A stretch of 60,698 bases of DNA from a virus (taxonomy: Duplodnaviria; Caudoviricetes): the IMG/VR virus record IMGVR_UViG_3300018481_000007, positions 1 through 60,698 of that record; one strand, 5' to 3'. The translations under genes and the position numbers were made by a program. Each line of letters opens with the position of its first letter. Positions within the stretch are counted from its first letter, which is position 1. The notes beneath the pieces were generated by a model. It saw only the letters and a program-made list of their open reading frames with translations, ran no database searches and was not told the origin of the DNA. This document shows positions 1 through 8,142 of this stretch, in pieces.

Positions 1-95
1 AGGGCACCTGCATCGGGTGTCGAGGTGACCAGGCAACCCGGCATCCGGCCCACATCAGCGACAGGGACGACGAGTTCGACGAGACCTACCGCACC
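1..95. repeat. Terminal 95-bp direct repeat (assembly overlap of a circular contig), left copy
   Basis: 1-95 is identical to 60604-60698, and a CDS reads in frame across the junction. Confidence 0.95.
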
Positions 96-236
96 TACCG
101 GTTCGCCTTCCCGGCGAACATTCCGCAGGACTGGAAAGAGGCATTGAACGAAGTGGCTGAAGACCCGAGAGACATGAGTGAGCAGTGGGCTATCGCCATC
201 GAGGCGATCGGTGGAGAGGCGGCCTCCCGTGGCTGA
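3..236 (+). CDS. C-terminal part of a hypothetical protein that starts at 60369 and wraps the junction
   Basis: Frame continues GTCIGCRGDQATRHPAHISDRDDEFDETYRTYRF to TGA at 234-236. Confidence 0.8.
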   Translation, partial: GTCIGCRGDQATRHPAHISDRDDEFDETYRTYRFAFPANIPQDWKEALNEVAEDPRDMSEQWAIAIEAIGGEAASRG

Positions 237-639
237 CAACGCCCTGCTGTACGCCACCCTCGACCGGGTGATCGCAGCCGCTGCCGACGGCTCCTGGAAC
301 CAGAAGATGTGGGTGGAGATCAACGAGTGCGGGTCGGCGTTCTGCTACGCCGGTCACTACCTGCACTCGCGGGGATGGCGGGCGTGCCGACTGCCTGAGC
401 AGCCGACATGGGCCACCTACGCACTGACCAGGGACGGGGAGATCCTCACCTGGACCGGGATCGGCGAGCGGGCTGCTGCCGAACTCGGGCTCACCCCGGC
501 CGAGGCGGATGCCCTGTTCGAGGAGGAGAACACGCTGGAGCAGTTGAAGGAGATCGTCGACGAGATCGCCAACGGCACCTTCGAGGAGCCCCGCCTCCTG
601 TTCGATGGTGTCGAGTTCTTCCCGGAGGTGCCGTTCTGA
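229..639 (+). CDS. Hypothetical phage protein (WNQKMW...CGSAFCYAG motif)
   Basis: GTG start overlapping the upstream gene; GC3-biased codons. Confidence 0.75.
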   Translation: MADNALLYATLDRVIAAAADGSWNQKMWVEINECGSAFCYAGHYLHSRGWRACRLPEQPTWATYALTRDGEILTWTGIGERAAAELGLTPAEADALFEEENTLEQLKEIVDEIANGTFEEPRLLFDGVEFFPEVPF

Positions 640-866
640 TGCCGTACATCAGCATCAATGGCCAGCGTGCGGACGGCACGCTGATGACCGACGACGAGAC
701 CGATGCCGCCGCCATCCTGGGGCGGGGGCACGGCATCTTCCGCCAGTGCTCGATCGGCTGGCACGCCGAATGCTCCGACCCCCAGGGGACCCGCTGCAAG
801 TGCACCTGTCACGACGAGGGAGGTGCCGAGACACGTGAAAGACGAGACGGCAGCGCGCCACGCTGA
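639..866 (+). CDS. Small Cys/His-rich hypothetical protein
   Basis: TGATG coupling; CxxxxHxxC...CxCxCH. Confidence 0.65.
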   Translation: MPYISINGQRADGTLMTDDETDAAAILGRGHGIFRQCSIGWHAECSDPQGTRCKCTCHDEGGAETRERRDGSAPR

Positions 867-1083
867 GATCGCCAGAGAGGCCGAGCACCTGATCAATCTG
901 AAGGAGTGGCCGGACACCATCGCCAGGACTCTCGGTTACGCCGACGCCGGGAACCTCGCCACCAAGTTGAAGGCCTGGGGGTACGTGGCCCTCAGCGAAC
1001 GGTTCAATCGAGTCAACTTCGACGGGCTGGTGGCACCGAGCCACCGGACCGCCTACGAACGCAGAAGGGGAGCAGCAGTATGA
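835..1083 (+). CDS. Hypothetical protein, possible HTH
   Basis: GGAGG upstream of GTG; PDTIARTLGYADAGNLATKL resembles an HTH. Confidence 0.6.
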   Translation: MKDETAARHAEIAREAEHLINLKEWPDTIARTLGYADAGNLATKLKAWGYVALSERFNRVNFDGLVAPSHRTAYERRRGAAV

Positions 1084-1664
1084 ACGAGGAGCAACCAACC
1101 GACGAGCAGATGGCGATGGCCGAGGCCGCCGCCGCCGTGACCAGGATGGCGTACGACCATGGAGCGGGGGCAATGGTCCTGCACCCGTACGCCGGACCAC
1201 CACCACCAGCGGACTTCTTCCTCTCCCTGATGCGGGAGATGATCGAGGCCGACGGGGACGCGATGGGCTGCATCACCATCGGCTGCGAGAACGACGAGTC
1301 GGGGATGCTCCCGCTCATCGACGTGCACCCGACCGACGCCCTGCACGCCATCCTGCACGCCCGGATGGAGGGCATCCTGCCCAAGATCAACTGGGTGACC
1401 CTGGCGGTGGACACCTACGTCTTCCTGACCGACGACCCGGAGAAGGGTGCGGGATCGGCACGGGAGGCGTTCCAGGCGGGTGACCCCGAAGCCCACGAGG
1501 CACTGATCGCCATCTGCGTAGCCCCGGACGGTCCGGGCTACGACGTGCACCAGACCTACGAGCGGGACGGCGCCCTGATCGAGTGGGGAGAACCCGATGC
1601 TGTGCAGGCGCTGTTCTCCAGCGGAGACGTGCCCTTCCTGATGAACGAGTTGGTGCTGGTATGA
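1080..1664 (+). CDS. Hypothetical protein
   Basis: ATGA overlap, SD, coding-type codon bias. Confidence 0.75.
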   Translation: MNEEQPTDEQMAMAEAAAAVTRMAYDHGAGAMVLHPYAGPPPPADFFLSLMREMIEADGDAMGCITIGCENDESGMLPLIDVHPTDALHAILHARMEGILPKINWVTLAVDTYVFLTDDPEKGAGSAREAFQAGDPEAHEALIAICVAPDGPGYDVHQTYERDGALIEWGEPDAVQALFSSGDVPFLMNELVLV

Positions 1665-1969
1665 GGGGGCCGATCCAGATCATCGGAGCAGTGGTCATCG
1701 GCGTCGTGCTGCCGTTGACCGCCGCCGGAGCCTGCGGTGCCTCACCCACGGCGGACCGTCAGGGTCCGAACGGGACCCAGCCGGACAACTACCAGGACAT
1801 GCAGCACGTCACCATCTACCGGGGACCTGACACGGTGCCCAACGTGGCGACGTTCTGCATCGGGCAGTTCGGCTTCATCTCCACCTTGAAGGCGGATACC
1901 TCAGAAGGCGGGGTCACCTCACCGGCGATGATTCGCTTCCCCGAGATGGATTCGAGGTGCAGGCCGTGA
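1661..1969 (+). CDS. Putative secreted protein or lipoprotein
   Basis: Hydrophobic N-terminus ending AGAC. Confidence 0.6.
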   Translation: MRGPIQIIGAVVIGVVLPLTAAGACGASPTADRQGPNGTQPDNYQDMQHVTIYRGPDTVPNVATFCIGQFGFISTLKADTSEGGVTSPAMIRFPEMDSRCRP

Positions 1970-2160
1970 GGCGGGGGTTCCACCTCGTCGACGTCGCCGA
2001 GGGGTTCCGCCCTACCGGTGGACTGTCCTGGTCGTGGCGCTGGGTTGGCACCGACTCGGGCAGGACGGTAGGCATCGCCTTCGTCGGCCAGCACAGGATG
2101 CTGATGGTCCTGTGGCGCACAGTCATGCCGCTCAACACGATGAAGTTGGTGTCGGAGTGA
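1966..2160 (+). CDS. Hypothetical protein
   Basis: GTGA overlaps at both ends. Confidence 0.5.
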   Translation: MRRGFHLVDVAEGFRPTGGLSWSWRWVGTDSGRTVGIAFVGQHRMLMVLWRTVMPLNTMKLVSE

Positions 2161-2405
2161 CTCCACACCTGCTGCTGCTGACCAGCGCTGAGGAGGTCGG
2201 TGGACCGCTCATGATCCCGATCGCCAACATCGCCTACATGGCCCCGCTGGGTCACCTCACAACCCGAATCGGTTCGTCGGATCTGGGCACCAGGATCTTC
2301 CTGGTGGATCGGGCCGAGTTCATCGACGTGACCGAGAAGTTCGACGCGATCATCGCGTGCATGGGGGGGCTCGTGATGAAGCCCTGGCCAGCAGTACAGC
2401 GGTGA
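2157..2405 (+). CDS. Hypothetical protein
   Basis: GTGA overlap; codon bias. Confidence 0.55.
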   Translation: MTPHLLLLTSAEEVGGPLMIPIANIAYMAPLGHLTTRIGSSDLGTRIFLVDRAEFIDVTEKFDAIIACMGGLVMKPWPAVQR

Positions 2406-2584
2406 TGGAGTGGGCGATGGTGGTGGTCCTGTCGTTCACCGGCGGGTTCATTGGGGGGTCCTTCGCCTACCTGTTGGAAGCACACTCGCGCCGAGTACGC
2501 CTCGGCGACATCCAGACGAAGGAGACAGATGAGCACAGGACAGGTGAAGGTCCGGTTGCAGGTGACCGCCCAGGCGGGGAGTAG
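2405..2584 (+). CDS. Small membrane protein
   Basis: TGATG coupling; N-terminal TM segment; overlaps the next gene. Confidence 0.4.
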   Translation: MEWAMVVVLSFTGGFIGGSFAYLLEAHSRRVRLGDIQTKETDEHRTGEGPVAGDRPGGE

Positions 2585-2756
2585 GGAGGTGCTGATTCAA
2601 CGCCTCTATGACCAGGCGGCCGAGTTCTTCGGTGACGAGGAGTTCGACCTCGATGGAGCAGTCGACGTGCGGGCCAGCACGGAGGTCAGCGCGGCGGGCA
2701 AGACTCTGGTGACCATGTGGGAGGGCGACGCCTGGTTCAAGAGCCAAGCGAGATGA
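2529..2756 (+). CDS. Hypothetical protein
   Basis: AAGGAG SD then ATG. Confidence 0.7.
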   Translation: MSTGQVKVRLQVTAQAGSREVLIQRLYDQAAEFFGDEEFDLDGAVDVRASTEVSAAGKTLVTMWEGDAWFKSQAR

Positions 2757-2763
2757 TCTGCTC

Positions 2764-3093
2764 GTGAAGGCCACGGCGATACCGCAGCGGTCCCGGGATC
2801 TCGTACGGTCCCGGGACCGTCACCGGTGTGCTAGGTGCGCGGTCCCGGCACCGACCGGGGAGTGGCACCACCGTCGGTCGCGTTCGGTGCGCGACAGCCA
2901 CACCCACTGTGCCTGCAACGGGGTGTGGTTGTGCAGTCCCTGTCACCGCTGGGCTCATGCCAATCCCGAGGCTGCCCGGGAGACCGGCTTCATCCTGGCG
3001 CGCAACTGCGACACCCCCTGGCTGATGCCGTTCAGACACCCGCTGGACTGGCGGGCACCCGACTGCCAGGGTGGGTGGAGTGGGTCAAGTTAG
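2764..3093 (+). CDS. HNH endonuclease
   Basis: RDRHRCARC...WHHRRSR...NGVWLCSPCHRWAH. Confidence 0.85.
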   Translation: MKATAIPQRSRDLVRSRDRHRCARCAVPAPTGEWHHRRSRSVRDSHTHCACNGVWLCSPCHRWAHANPEAARETGFILARNCDTPWLMPFRHPLDWRAPDCQGGWSGSS

Positions 3094-3106
3094 GTTGCCT
3101 AAGTCA

Positions 3107-3451
3107 ATGAACGAGACCCAGTTCCTGCAGCGGGTGATCGACACCGCTAAGTTGTACGGCTGGCTGGTCTGCCACTTCCGCCCGGCGCGCACCGAGCGGG
3201 GGTGGCGGACCGCCGTCCAGGGGGACTCCGGCTTCGTCGACCTGGTGCTGGCCCGGGGTGGTCAGGTCATCCACGCAGAGTTGAAGGTGGGCACCAAGAA
3301 GCCCCGTCCCGACCAGGTGTCCTGGGGTCACGCGATCGGTGCGACCTACCGGCTCTGGTACCCCGACGACTGGGACGACATCCTGGTCGAACTCAGAACC
3401 CGTCACCCCAGCGCATCGGCCGACCGCGCCGCTCGTTCTCCGCGCGAGTAA
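3107..3451 (+). CDS. VRR-NUC-like PD-(D/E)XK nuclease
   Basis: ETQFLQRVID...GFVDLVL...AELK...Q..W pattern. Confidence 0.8.
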   Translation: MNETQFLQRVIDTAKLYGWLVCHFRPARTERGWRTAVQGDSGFVDLVLARGGQVIHAELKVGTKKPRPDQVSWGHAIGATYRLWYPDDWDDILVELRTRHPSASADRAARSPRE

Positions 3452-3653
3452 ACGCCAGAGCCCGCTTCCTGCTGTGCAGGTTGAGATCCAGGGCCGGTCC
3501 GAACCGCCCGGTGAGCCGGGCGTCGAAGTAGGCGGACTGCCACTCCGCACTCACCTGAGCGTCGAACGCCGCCTTGGCTCCGCTCAGCCACACCAGCCTC
3601 TCCAACGGGTCGTGGGGTGCGTCAGAGAAGTCGATGGTCAGCGCTTCGGTCAT
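3393..3653 (-). CDS. Hypothetical protein, probably leaderless
   Basis: Minus-strand codon bias; TACAGT -10 lies 7 nt before the ATG. Confidence 0.65.
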   Translation of the reverse strand: MTEALTIDFSDAPHDPLERLVWLSGAKAAFDAQVSAEWQSAYFDARLTGRFGPALDLNLHSRKRALAFTRAENERRGRPMRWGDGF

Positions 3654-3655
3654 GG

Positions 3656-3683
3656 TGGACACTGTACCTTTCTGCGGTAGAAT
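3656..3683 (+). promoter_or_regulatory. Sigma70-like promoter TGGACA-N16-TAGAAT, overlapping a divergent -10
   Basis: Lies immediately before ATG 3689. Confidence 0.55.
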
Positions 3684-3688
3684 GAGGT

Positions 3689-4291
3689 ATGCCACTGACC
3701 AACGCCCAGATCAAGCGTCTCCTCACCCCCGTCATCCCCTCCCGCGTCGAGCAGGTCCGGGGACAGTCCTACGTCCCGCAGTTCGAGGTGCGGGCCGAAC
3801 TGTCCCGGGTCTTCGGCTTCGGCAACTGGGACTCCTCCATCCACGACATGACCCTCATCTACGAGGAGCCGGAGGAGCGCGAGAACGGCAAGACCTACTG
3901 GAAGGTCTGCTACCGCTGCGCCTGCACCCTGACCATCCGCGACTACGACGGCAACGTCGTCTGCACTCAGACCGAGTGGCACGCCGAGGAGTCTGCACCG
4001 CAGCCCTCCCGTGGTGAAGCCCACGCCCTTGCCCTTACCTCGGTCGAGTCCTACGCCTTGCGCCGAGCCTGCATCAACCTCGGAGACACGTTCGGCCTGC
4101 ACCTGTACCGGAACGGCCAGTTGACCCCGCTGATCAAGGGGACGCTGCAGACCACCGACGACGAGAGCCCGCTCTACGACCCCCAGACCACCCCCACCCC
4201 GGTGCTGACCGAGGAGCAGAAGACCAACCTGGCGAACGCCCTGGGAGCGGTCGAGGTGCCTCAGGAGCCCGCTGAGAGCGTGCCAGCATGA
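3689..4291 (+). CDS. Rad52/Rad22-family ssDNA annealing protein
   Basis: SYV...VRAELSRVFGFGNWDS...A...VESYALRRACINLGDTFGLHLY. Confidence 0.85.
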   Translation: MPLTNAQIKRLLTPVIPSRVEQVRGQSYVPQFEVRAELSRVFGFGNWDSSIHDMTLIYEEPEERENGKTYWKVCYRCACTLTIRDYDGNVVCTQTEWHAEESAPQPSRGEAHALALTSVESYALRRACINLGDTFGLHLYRNGQLTPLIKGTLQTTDDESPLYDPQTTPTPVLTEEQKTNLANALGAVEVPQEPAESVPA

Positions 4292-4563
4292 GGGTCTCCG
4301 CGTACCTGATCGTCGAGCCGATCTATGACTACGCCGGGCAGCGGGTGGTGAGCGGAAAGATCACCGGGGTCCGGCAGCGCAAGCCCTCCTCGATGGACAA
4401 CGAGGCCCAGACGATCTGGCTGCACCTGGAGGTCCCCACCGAACTGTTCGACTCCGCCATCGCCGTCATCAACGTGACCGAGTTGCCGCCCCGCGAGATC
4501 GAGGGCGAGTCCGCCGGTGACAGGCTGCCGAAGGACGTTCCCTACGAGGAGACGCGGCGGTGA
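4288..4563 (+). CDS. Hypothetical protein
   Basis: ATGA overlap; codon bias. Confidence 0.7.
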   Translation: MRVSAYLIVEPIYDYAGQRVVSGKITGVRQRKPSSMDNEAQTIWLHLEVPTELFDSAIAVINVTELPPREIEGESAGDRLPKDVPYEETRR

Positions 4564-4724
4564 GCGACACCGCCGAGCCTCACTGGTGGCCCCGGGCAGT
4601 GTGCCCGGACTGCTCCCAAGGCAAGCACCAGGCCTGTGTCGGTAGCGCCTGGGACGATGACACCGACAGCCCAGCCGTGTGCCAGTGCTACGAGCACGAC
4701 CATGATCCGGAGTGGAGCGCGTAG
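4560..4724 (+). CDS. Small zinc-finger-like protein (54 aa, below the ORF-track cutoff)
   Basis: GTGA overlap; CPDC..GKH..C...CQC. Confidence 0.6.
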   Translation: MSDTAEPHWWPRAVCPDCSQGKHQACVGSAWDDDTDSPAVCQCYEHDHDPEWSA

Positions 4725-5701
4725 TGGACCTACAGATGTTGTTGCAGGAGCCTCCTCGGCTGATGACGGCCGAGGAGCAGGCCATGTCGGACCAGTTCTA
4801 CGAGGCCGTGCAGTTGGCGACGAACCAGACAGCCCGTAGCATCCAAGCCTCTGGACACCGAGTGGGGGTCTCGGATCTGGGGCACTGCTCCGAGCGGGTG
4901 CGGCGGCACCTGCTCGGAGAACAGGAGCCCGCCACCGACAAGACCGCCGCCTTCATCGGCACCGCCCTCGGGGACCACATCGAGGCCGCGATGACCAGCC
5001 TCTACCCGAACCTGATCCGCCAGTCCGAGGTGACCATCACCCTCTACGGCGACACCGGCACCTACGTGCTGATGGGGCACCCGGACCTGGTCGAGCCCTC
5101 GGGGAAACTGATCGACGTCAAGACCGTCCGAGGGCTGGAGCGGGTGCGGCGCACCGGACCATCCCAGCAGCAGCAGTTCCAGCGGCACCTGTACGCGAAG
5201 GCCGCGCACTCGATGGGCCTGTTCGACGACGACGTGGCCCTCGCTGACGTCAAGGTCAGCAACATCTGGTTCGACCGAGGTGGAGACGACAAGATCCCCC
5301 ACGTCCACGAGGAGCCCTATGACGAGCGAGTCGTCGAAGCAGCCACCGCCTGGCTTGACGATGTGGTCTACGCCTACCAGCAGGGAGAGGAAGCCCGAAA
5401 GGAGCCTCCTATCCAGATGTGCGAGAAAGCCTGCGGGTTCTTCCTGGACTGTCGTGCGGGCCGTGGTGGTCCGCAGGGACTGATCGAGGACAGCGACCTG
5501 CTCGCCGCCGTGGCGATGCACCAGGAGGCCCTGGGGCTGGAGCGGACGGCCCGCCGGTTGAAGGACGAGGCCAAGGCTGCCCTGCAGGGTGTCGAGGGCT
5601 CCACGGGCCGGTTCACGGTCCGCTGGACCAAGGTCTCCGGTGGCCGGGTCGAGTACGACCGGGCCGCCTACATGAAACTCGACGTACGCCCCATCCGATG
5701 A
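4712..5701 (+). CDS. Cas4/RecB-like PD-(D/E)XK exonuclease
   Basis: SDLGHC...GTALGDHIE...GHPDL...IDVKT...Q..LY...CEKACGFFLDC; start uncertain. Confidence 0.8.
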   Translation: MERVVDLQMLLQEPPRLMTAEEQAMSDQFYEAVQLATNQTARSIQASGHRVGVSDLGHCSERVRRHLLGEQEPATDKTAAFIGTALGDHIEAAMTSLYPNLIRQSEVTITLYGDTGTYVLMGHPDLVEPSGKLIDVKTVRGLERVRRTGPSQQQQFQRHLYAKAAHSMGLFDDDVALADVKVSNIWFDRGGDDKIPHVHEEPYDERVVEAATAWLDDVVYAYQQGEEARKEPPIQMCEKACGFFLDCRAGRGGPQGLIEDSDLLAAVAMHQEALGLERTARRLKDEAKAALQGVEGSTGRFTVRWTKVSGGRVEYDRAAYMKLDVRPIR

Positions 5702-5889
5702 AGCGGCTGATGCGGGTCTGGTATCGCACCGACTCGGCACCCAACGTCAGGGACAGCCCCAACGAGGAGTACGTCGGCACGTTCTCCGACCCATTCCCCC
5801 AGAACCCATCGTGGCAGATCGTGGACGTCGACTGGTCCCCACCTGGCGAGGTACAGGTCACCTACCTGATCCCGGCGGACCACCTGTGA
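5698..5889 (+). CDS. Hypothetical protein
   Basis: ATGA overlap. Confidence 0.55.
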   Translation: MKRLMRVWYRTDSAPNVRDSPNEEYVGTFSDPFPQNPSWQIVDVDWSPPGEVQVTYLIPADHL

Positions 5890-5998
5890 CCACCCCACCC
5901 GGTCCCGGCTGGGTCGCTACGGCTGCCCAGCATGACTCGTGCGGCCATGATGGCGCCCTCTCTGGCGGCGCTGGCCGGGTGGGGTCTACCGTCCCGGC

Positions 5999-6316
5999 AT
6001 GAGCAACCATCACGTTCACTACGCGGGCCTGGACCCTCACCTCCAGGCCCGCTGCTCGTGTGCCAAGAGGTCAGCCATCGGGACTCGCTCCGAGGTCGAC
6101 GACTGGTTCCGCGAGCACGTCCACGAGGTCCAGCGGATCAGGGCCCACCTGGGGTCACGGAACCCCTCGTTGAAGACCCAGTACGCCTGGTTCGTGAAGC
6201 AGGCCGAGGACACCGACAACGATCCCGACGACCGCGCCCTCTGGCGACAGTTGGCCGAGGAGATGGAGCGGTTCCTGGCATCCAAGGAACCGCTCCAGCA
6301 GGACGCCCTGTTCTAG
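5999..6316 (+). CDS. Hypothetical protein
   Basis: Codon bias; converges on the late operon. Confidence 0.7.
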   Translation: MSNHHVHYAGLDPHLQARCSCAKRSAIGTRSEVDDWFREHVHEVQRIRAHLGSRNPSLKTQYAWFVKQAEDTDNDPDDRALWRQLAEEMERFLASKEPLQQDALF

Positions 6317-6507
6317 AGGTCGAGCCCCGCGCGCACCGCCGCGTCCTTGGACTCCAACAGTTTTCTGAGCGCCACCGTGGTCTCCGGCCCCGACGGCAGG
6401 GTGCTCTCGATGTGCTTCGCCAGGTCGTGGTACGGCTTGGAGATCGCCTGCAACTTCTCCGGCAGGTGGTCGTAGGCGAAGTAGCGCAGCAGTGGTGAGT
6501 GGTTCAT
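6313..6507 (-). CDS. Small helical-hairpin protein, Acb2/Tad1-like candidate
   Basis: LRYFAYDHLPEKLQAISKPY...LPSGPETTVALRKLLESKDAAVRA; GGAG SD. Confidence 0.6.
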   Translation of the reverse strand: MNHSPLLRYFAYDHLPEKLQAISKPYHDLAKHIESTLPSGPETTVALRKLLESKDAAVRAGLDL

Positions 6508-6578
6508 GGTGCTCCGTTCTAAGTACCTTCTATGTGCCGATCACTTCGCCGGCCCCCAACTGACTTAGACGACCTAAC

Positions 6579-7502
6579 TCAGTAGAGGATCGCCTGGACC
6601 GTGCCGGACACCGGAGTCCCTGCCATCACCGTGCCGTCGGTCAGTCGGTAGGCGGTACCCACGATCTTGTTGCTGACAGCGTTGACCATCGCCTTCCACG
6701 GGGAGGACCCGTGCTCGGTGAACTGAGCGGCGAGCACTCCTGACCGACCGGCCAACTCGGGGGTGCCGAGGATGTCGAAGGCCCCGAAGGCGTCGGTGGT
6801 CATGGTGAGTTGGAAGACCATCACCGTCGGCTGCAGACCATCGGACCACGGCCCCGACAGTTCGAGCATCGCATCGACGGCCTCCCAGCCGGTCTGGTTG
6901 GGCAGCAGCGACCAGACCGCGCCGGTCCAGTACCAGATGATCCCGGGCTCGGTGTCGAGGATCGTCAACTGGTTCAGCCCAGGTGTGGGCAGGGCTGCGG
7001 TGCGGGCCGCTGCGTCAACGAAGTGCTGGGTGACCGAGACCATGCCCTGGTCGGTCAGCCCGACGCCGGTGGCGAAAGTGCCGACCAGCCGGTTGGGCTC
7101 CGGCAGCAGACCCAGTGGCAGCCCGGCCGAGCCGTCCCCGGTCAGCGAGGTGTCGTGCAGCACCGCACCCGCCGGAGCCACGGTGGCCGCCTGAGCGACC
7201 CAGGCACTCAGCGCCGAGTCCCAGGCCAGCACCTGCCCGTTGACCGGGTTCGCCGCCTGCACGTCGGGGAAGTCATCCAGTTCGGCGGTCGAGGTGAAGG
7301 ACACCACCGGCGAGTAGGGGTCAGCCGTGGAGCCATCCCCGGTGACCAGCGTGGTGAAGGTCTTGTTCTGGCTGGACGTGAAGGCAATGTCCACGTCGAT
7401 GATCAACGGGTCCGACGGCGTGCCCGAGCCGGAGACGTCCGCCGCCCCGTGTCCGATGATCTGGCAGGCGCAGGTGCTCCCGCCGCAGCAACCCTTGGCC
7501 AT
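6579..7502 (-). CDS. Minor tail protein with Cys-rich N-terminus
   Basis: End of tail operon; GCCGGSTCAC; GSGTPSDP repeats. Confidence 0.75.
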   Translation of the reverse strand: MAKGCCGGSTCACQIIGHGAADVSGSGTPSDPLIIDVDIAFTSSQNKTFTTLVTGDGSTADPYSPVVSFTSTAELDDFPDVQAANPVNGQVLAWDSALSAWVAQAATVAPAGAVLHDTSLTGDGSAGLPLGLLPEPNRLVGTFATGVGLTDQGMVSVTQHFVDAAARTAALPTPGLNQLTILDTEPGIIWYWTGAVWSLLPNQTGWEAVDAMLELSGPWSDGLQPTVMVFQLTMTTDAFGAFDILGTPELAGRSGVLAAQFTEHGSSPWKAMVNAVSNKIVGTAYRLTDGTVMAGTPVSGTVQAILY

Positions 7503-7527
7503 CAGATCCCACCTCTCATTGTGTGCA

Positions 7528-8139
7528 TCATGTCTTGATCACCTTCCCACTGGCCGTGGGGATGCGGAACTGGGTGCCGGTCTCGCCACCGGTGTTGAAG
7601 CGGGTGCCGATGGCCCCGAACAGGTCCGGGTAGGACGCCCGGTTGAGCACCGAGCCGTTGCAGGACATCCACCCGTTGGGAGCCGAGCCGAGTGTCCCGC
7701 CGTACTCGACGATCATCCCGGGCGGGTTGTTGTCCTCGATCCGCCAGATCGACCACTCCCGTGGGGTGTCCGGGCTGGCGGTCCAGAACTTGCGCACCCA
7801 GACCTGTCGCGGCCACGCCACATCGGTGGTGTCACCGAAATACTCACTGACCCGCTGCAGGCCGAAGCCTGGCTCGGTGGTCAGGTTGGCACCCATCCAG
7901 TAGCGCTCGGACTTGGGGGTGTTGAAGGCTCCGGGCTCGGAGTAGAAGAACCCGTTGAAGTAGGTCTCGTCGGTGTTCCAGTCCTCGATCCGGACGCAGT
8001 AGGGCGCGATGCCGGGGCCGAGGATGTCGGAGGCAGTGCGGACCTGCGGTCGCCGCTCCTCGTGCAGCACCCGCTTCTCCATGCCGCGCATCCAGTCCTC
8101 GCCGGTGATGTTGGCGCGCCAGTTGTTCTGCCCACCCAT
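7528..8139 (-). CDS. Minor tail protein with tail-collar domain
   Basis: PPGMIVEYGG...APNGWMSCNGSVLNRASYPDLFGAIG. Confidence 0.8.
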   Translation of the reverse strand: MGGQNNWRANITGEDWMRGMEKRVLHEERRPQVRTASDILGPGIAPYCVRIEDWNTDETYFNGFFYSEPGAFNTPKSERYWMGANLTTEPGFGLQRVSEYFGDTTDVAWPRQVWVRKFWTASPDTPREWSIWRIEDNNPPGMIVEYGGTLGSAPNGWMSCNGSVLNRASYPDLFGAIGTRFNTGGETGTQFRIPTASGKVIKT

Positions 8140-8142
8140 GGC

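Noticed and set aside
827-842. Second parS (CACGTGAAA), and a half-site near 41000
   Set aside because: Only about 11/16 match, and it is explained by a GTG AAA gene start. The 41000 match is a half-site only.
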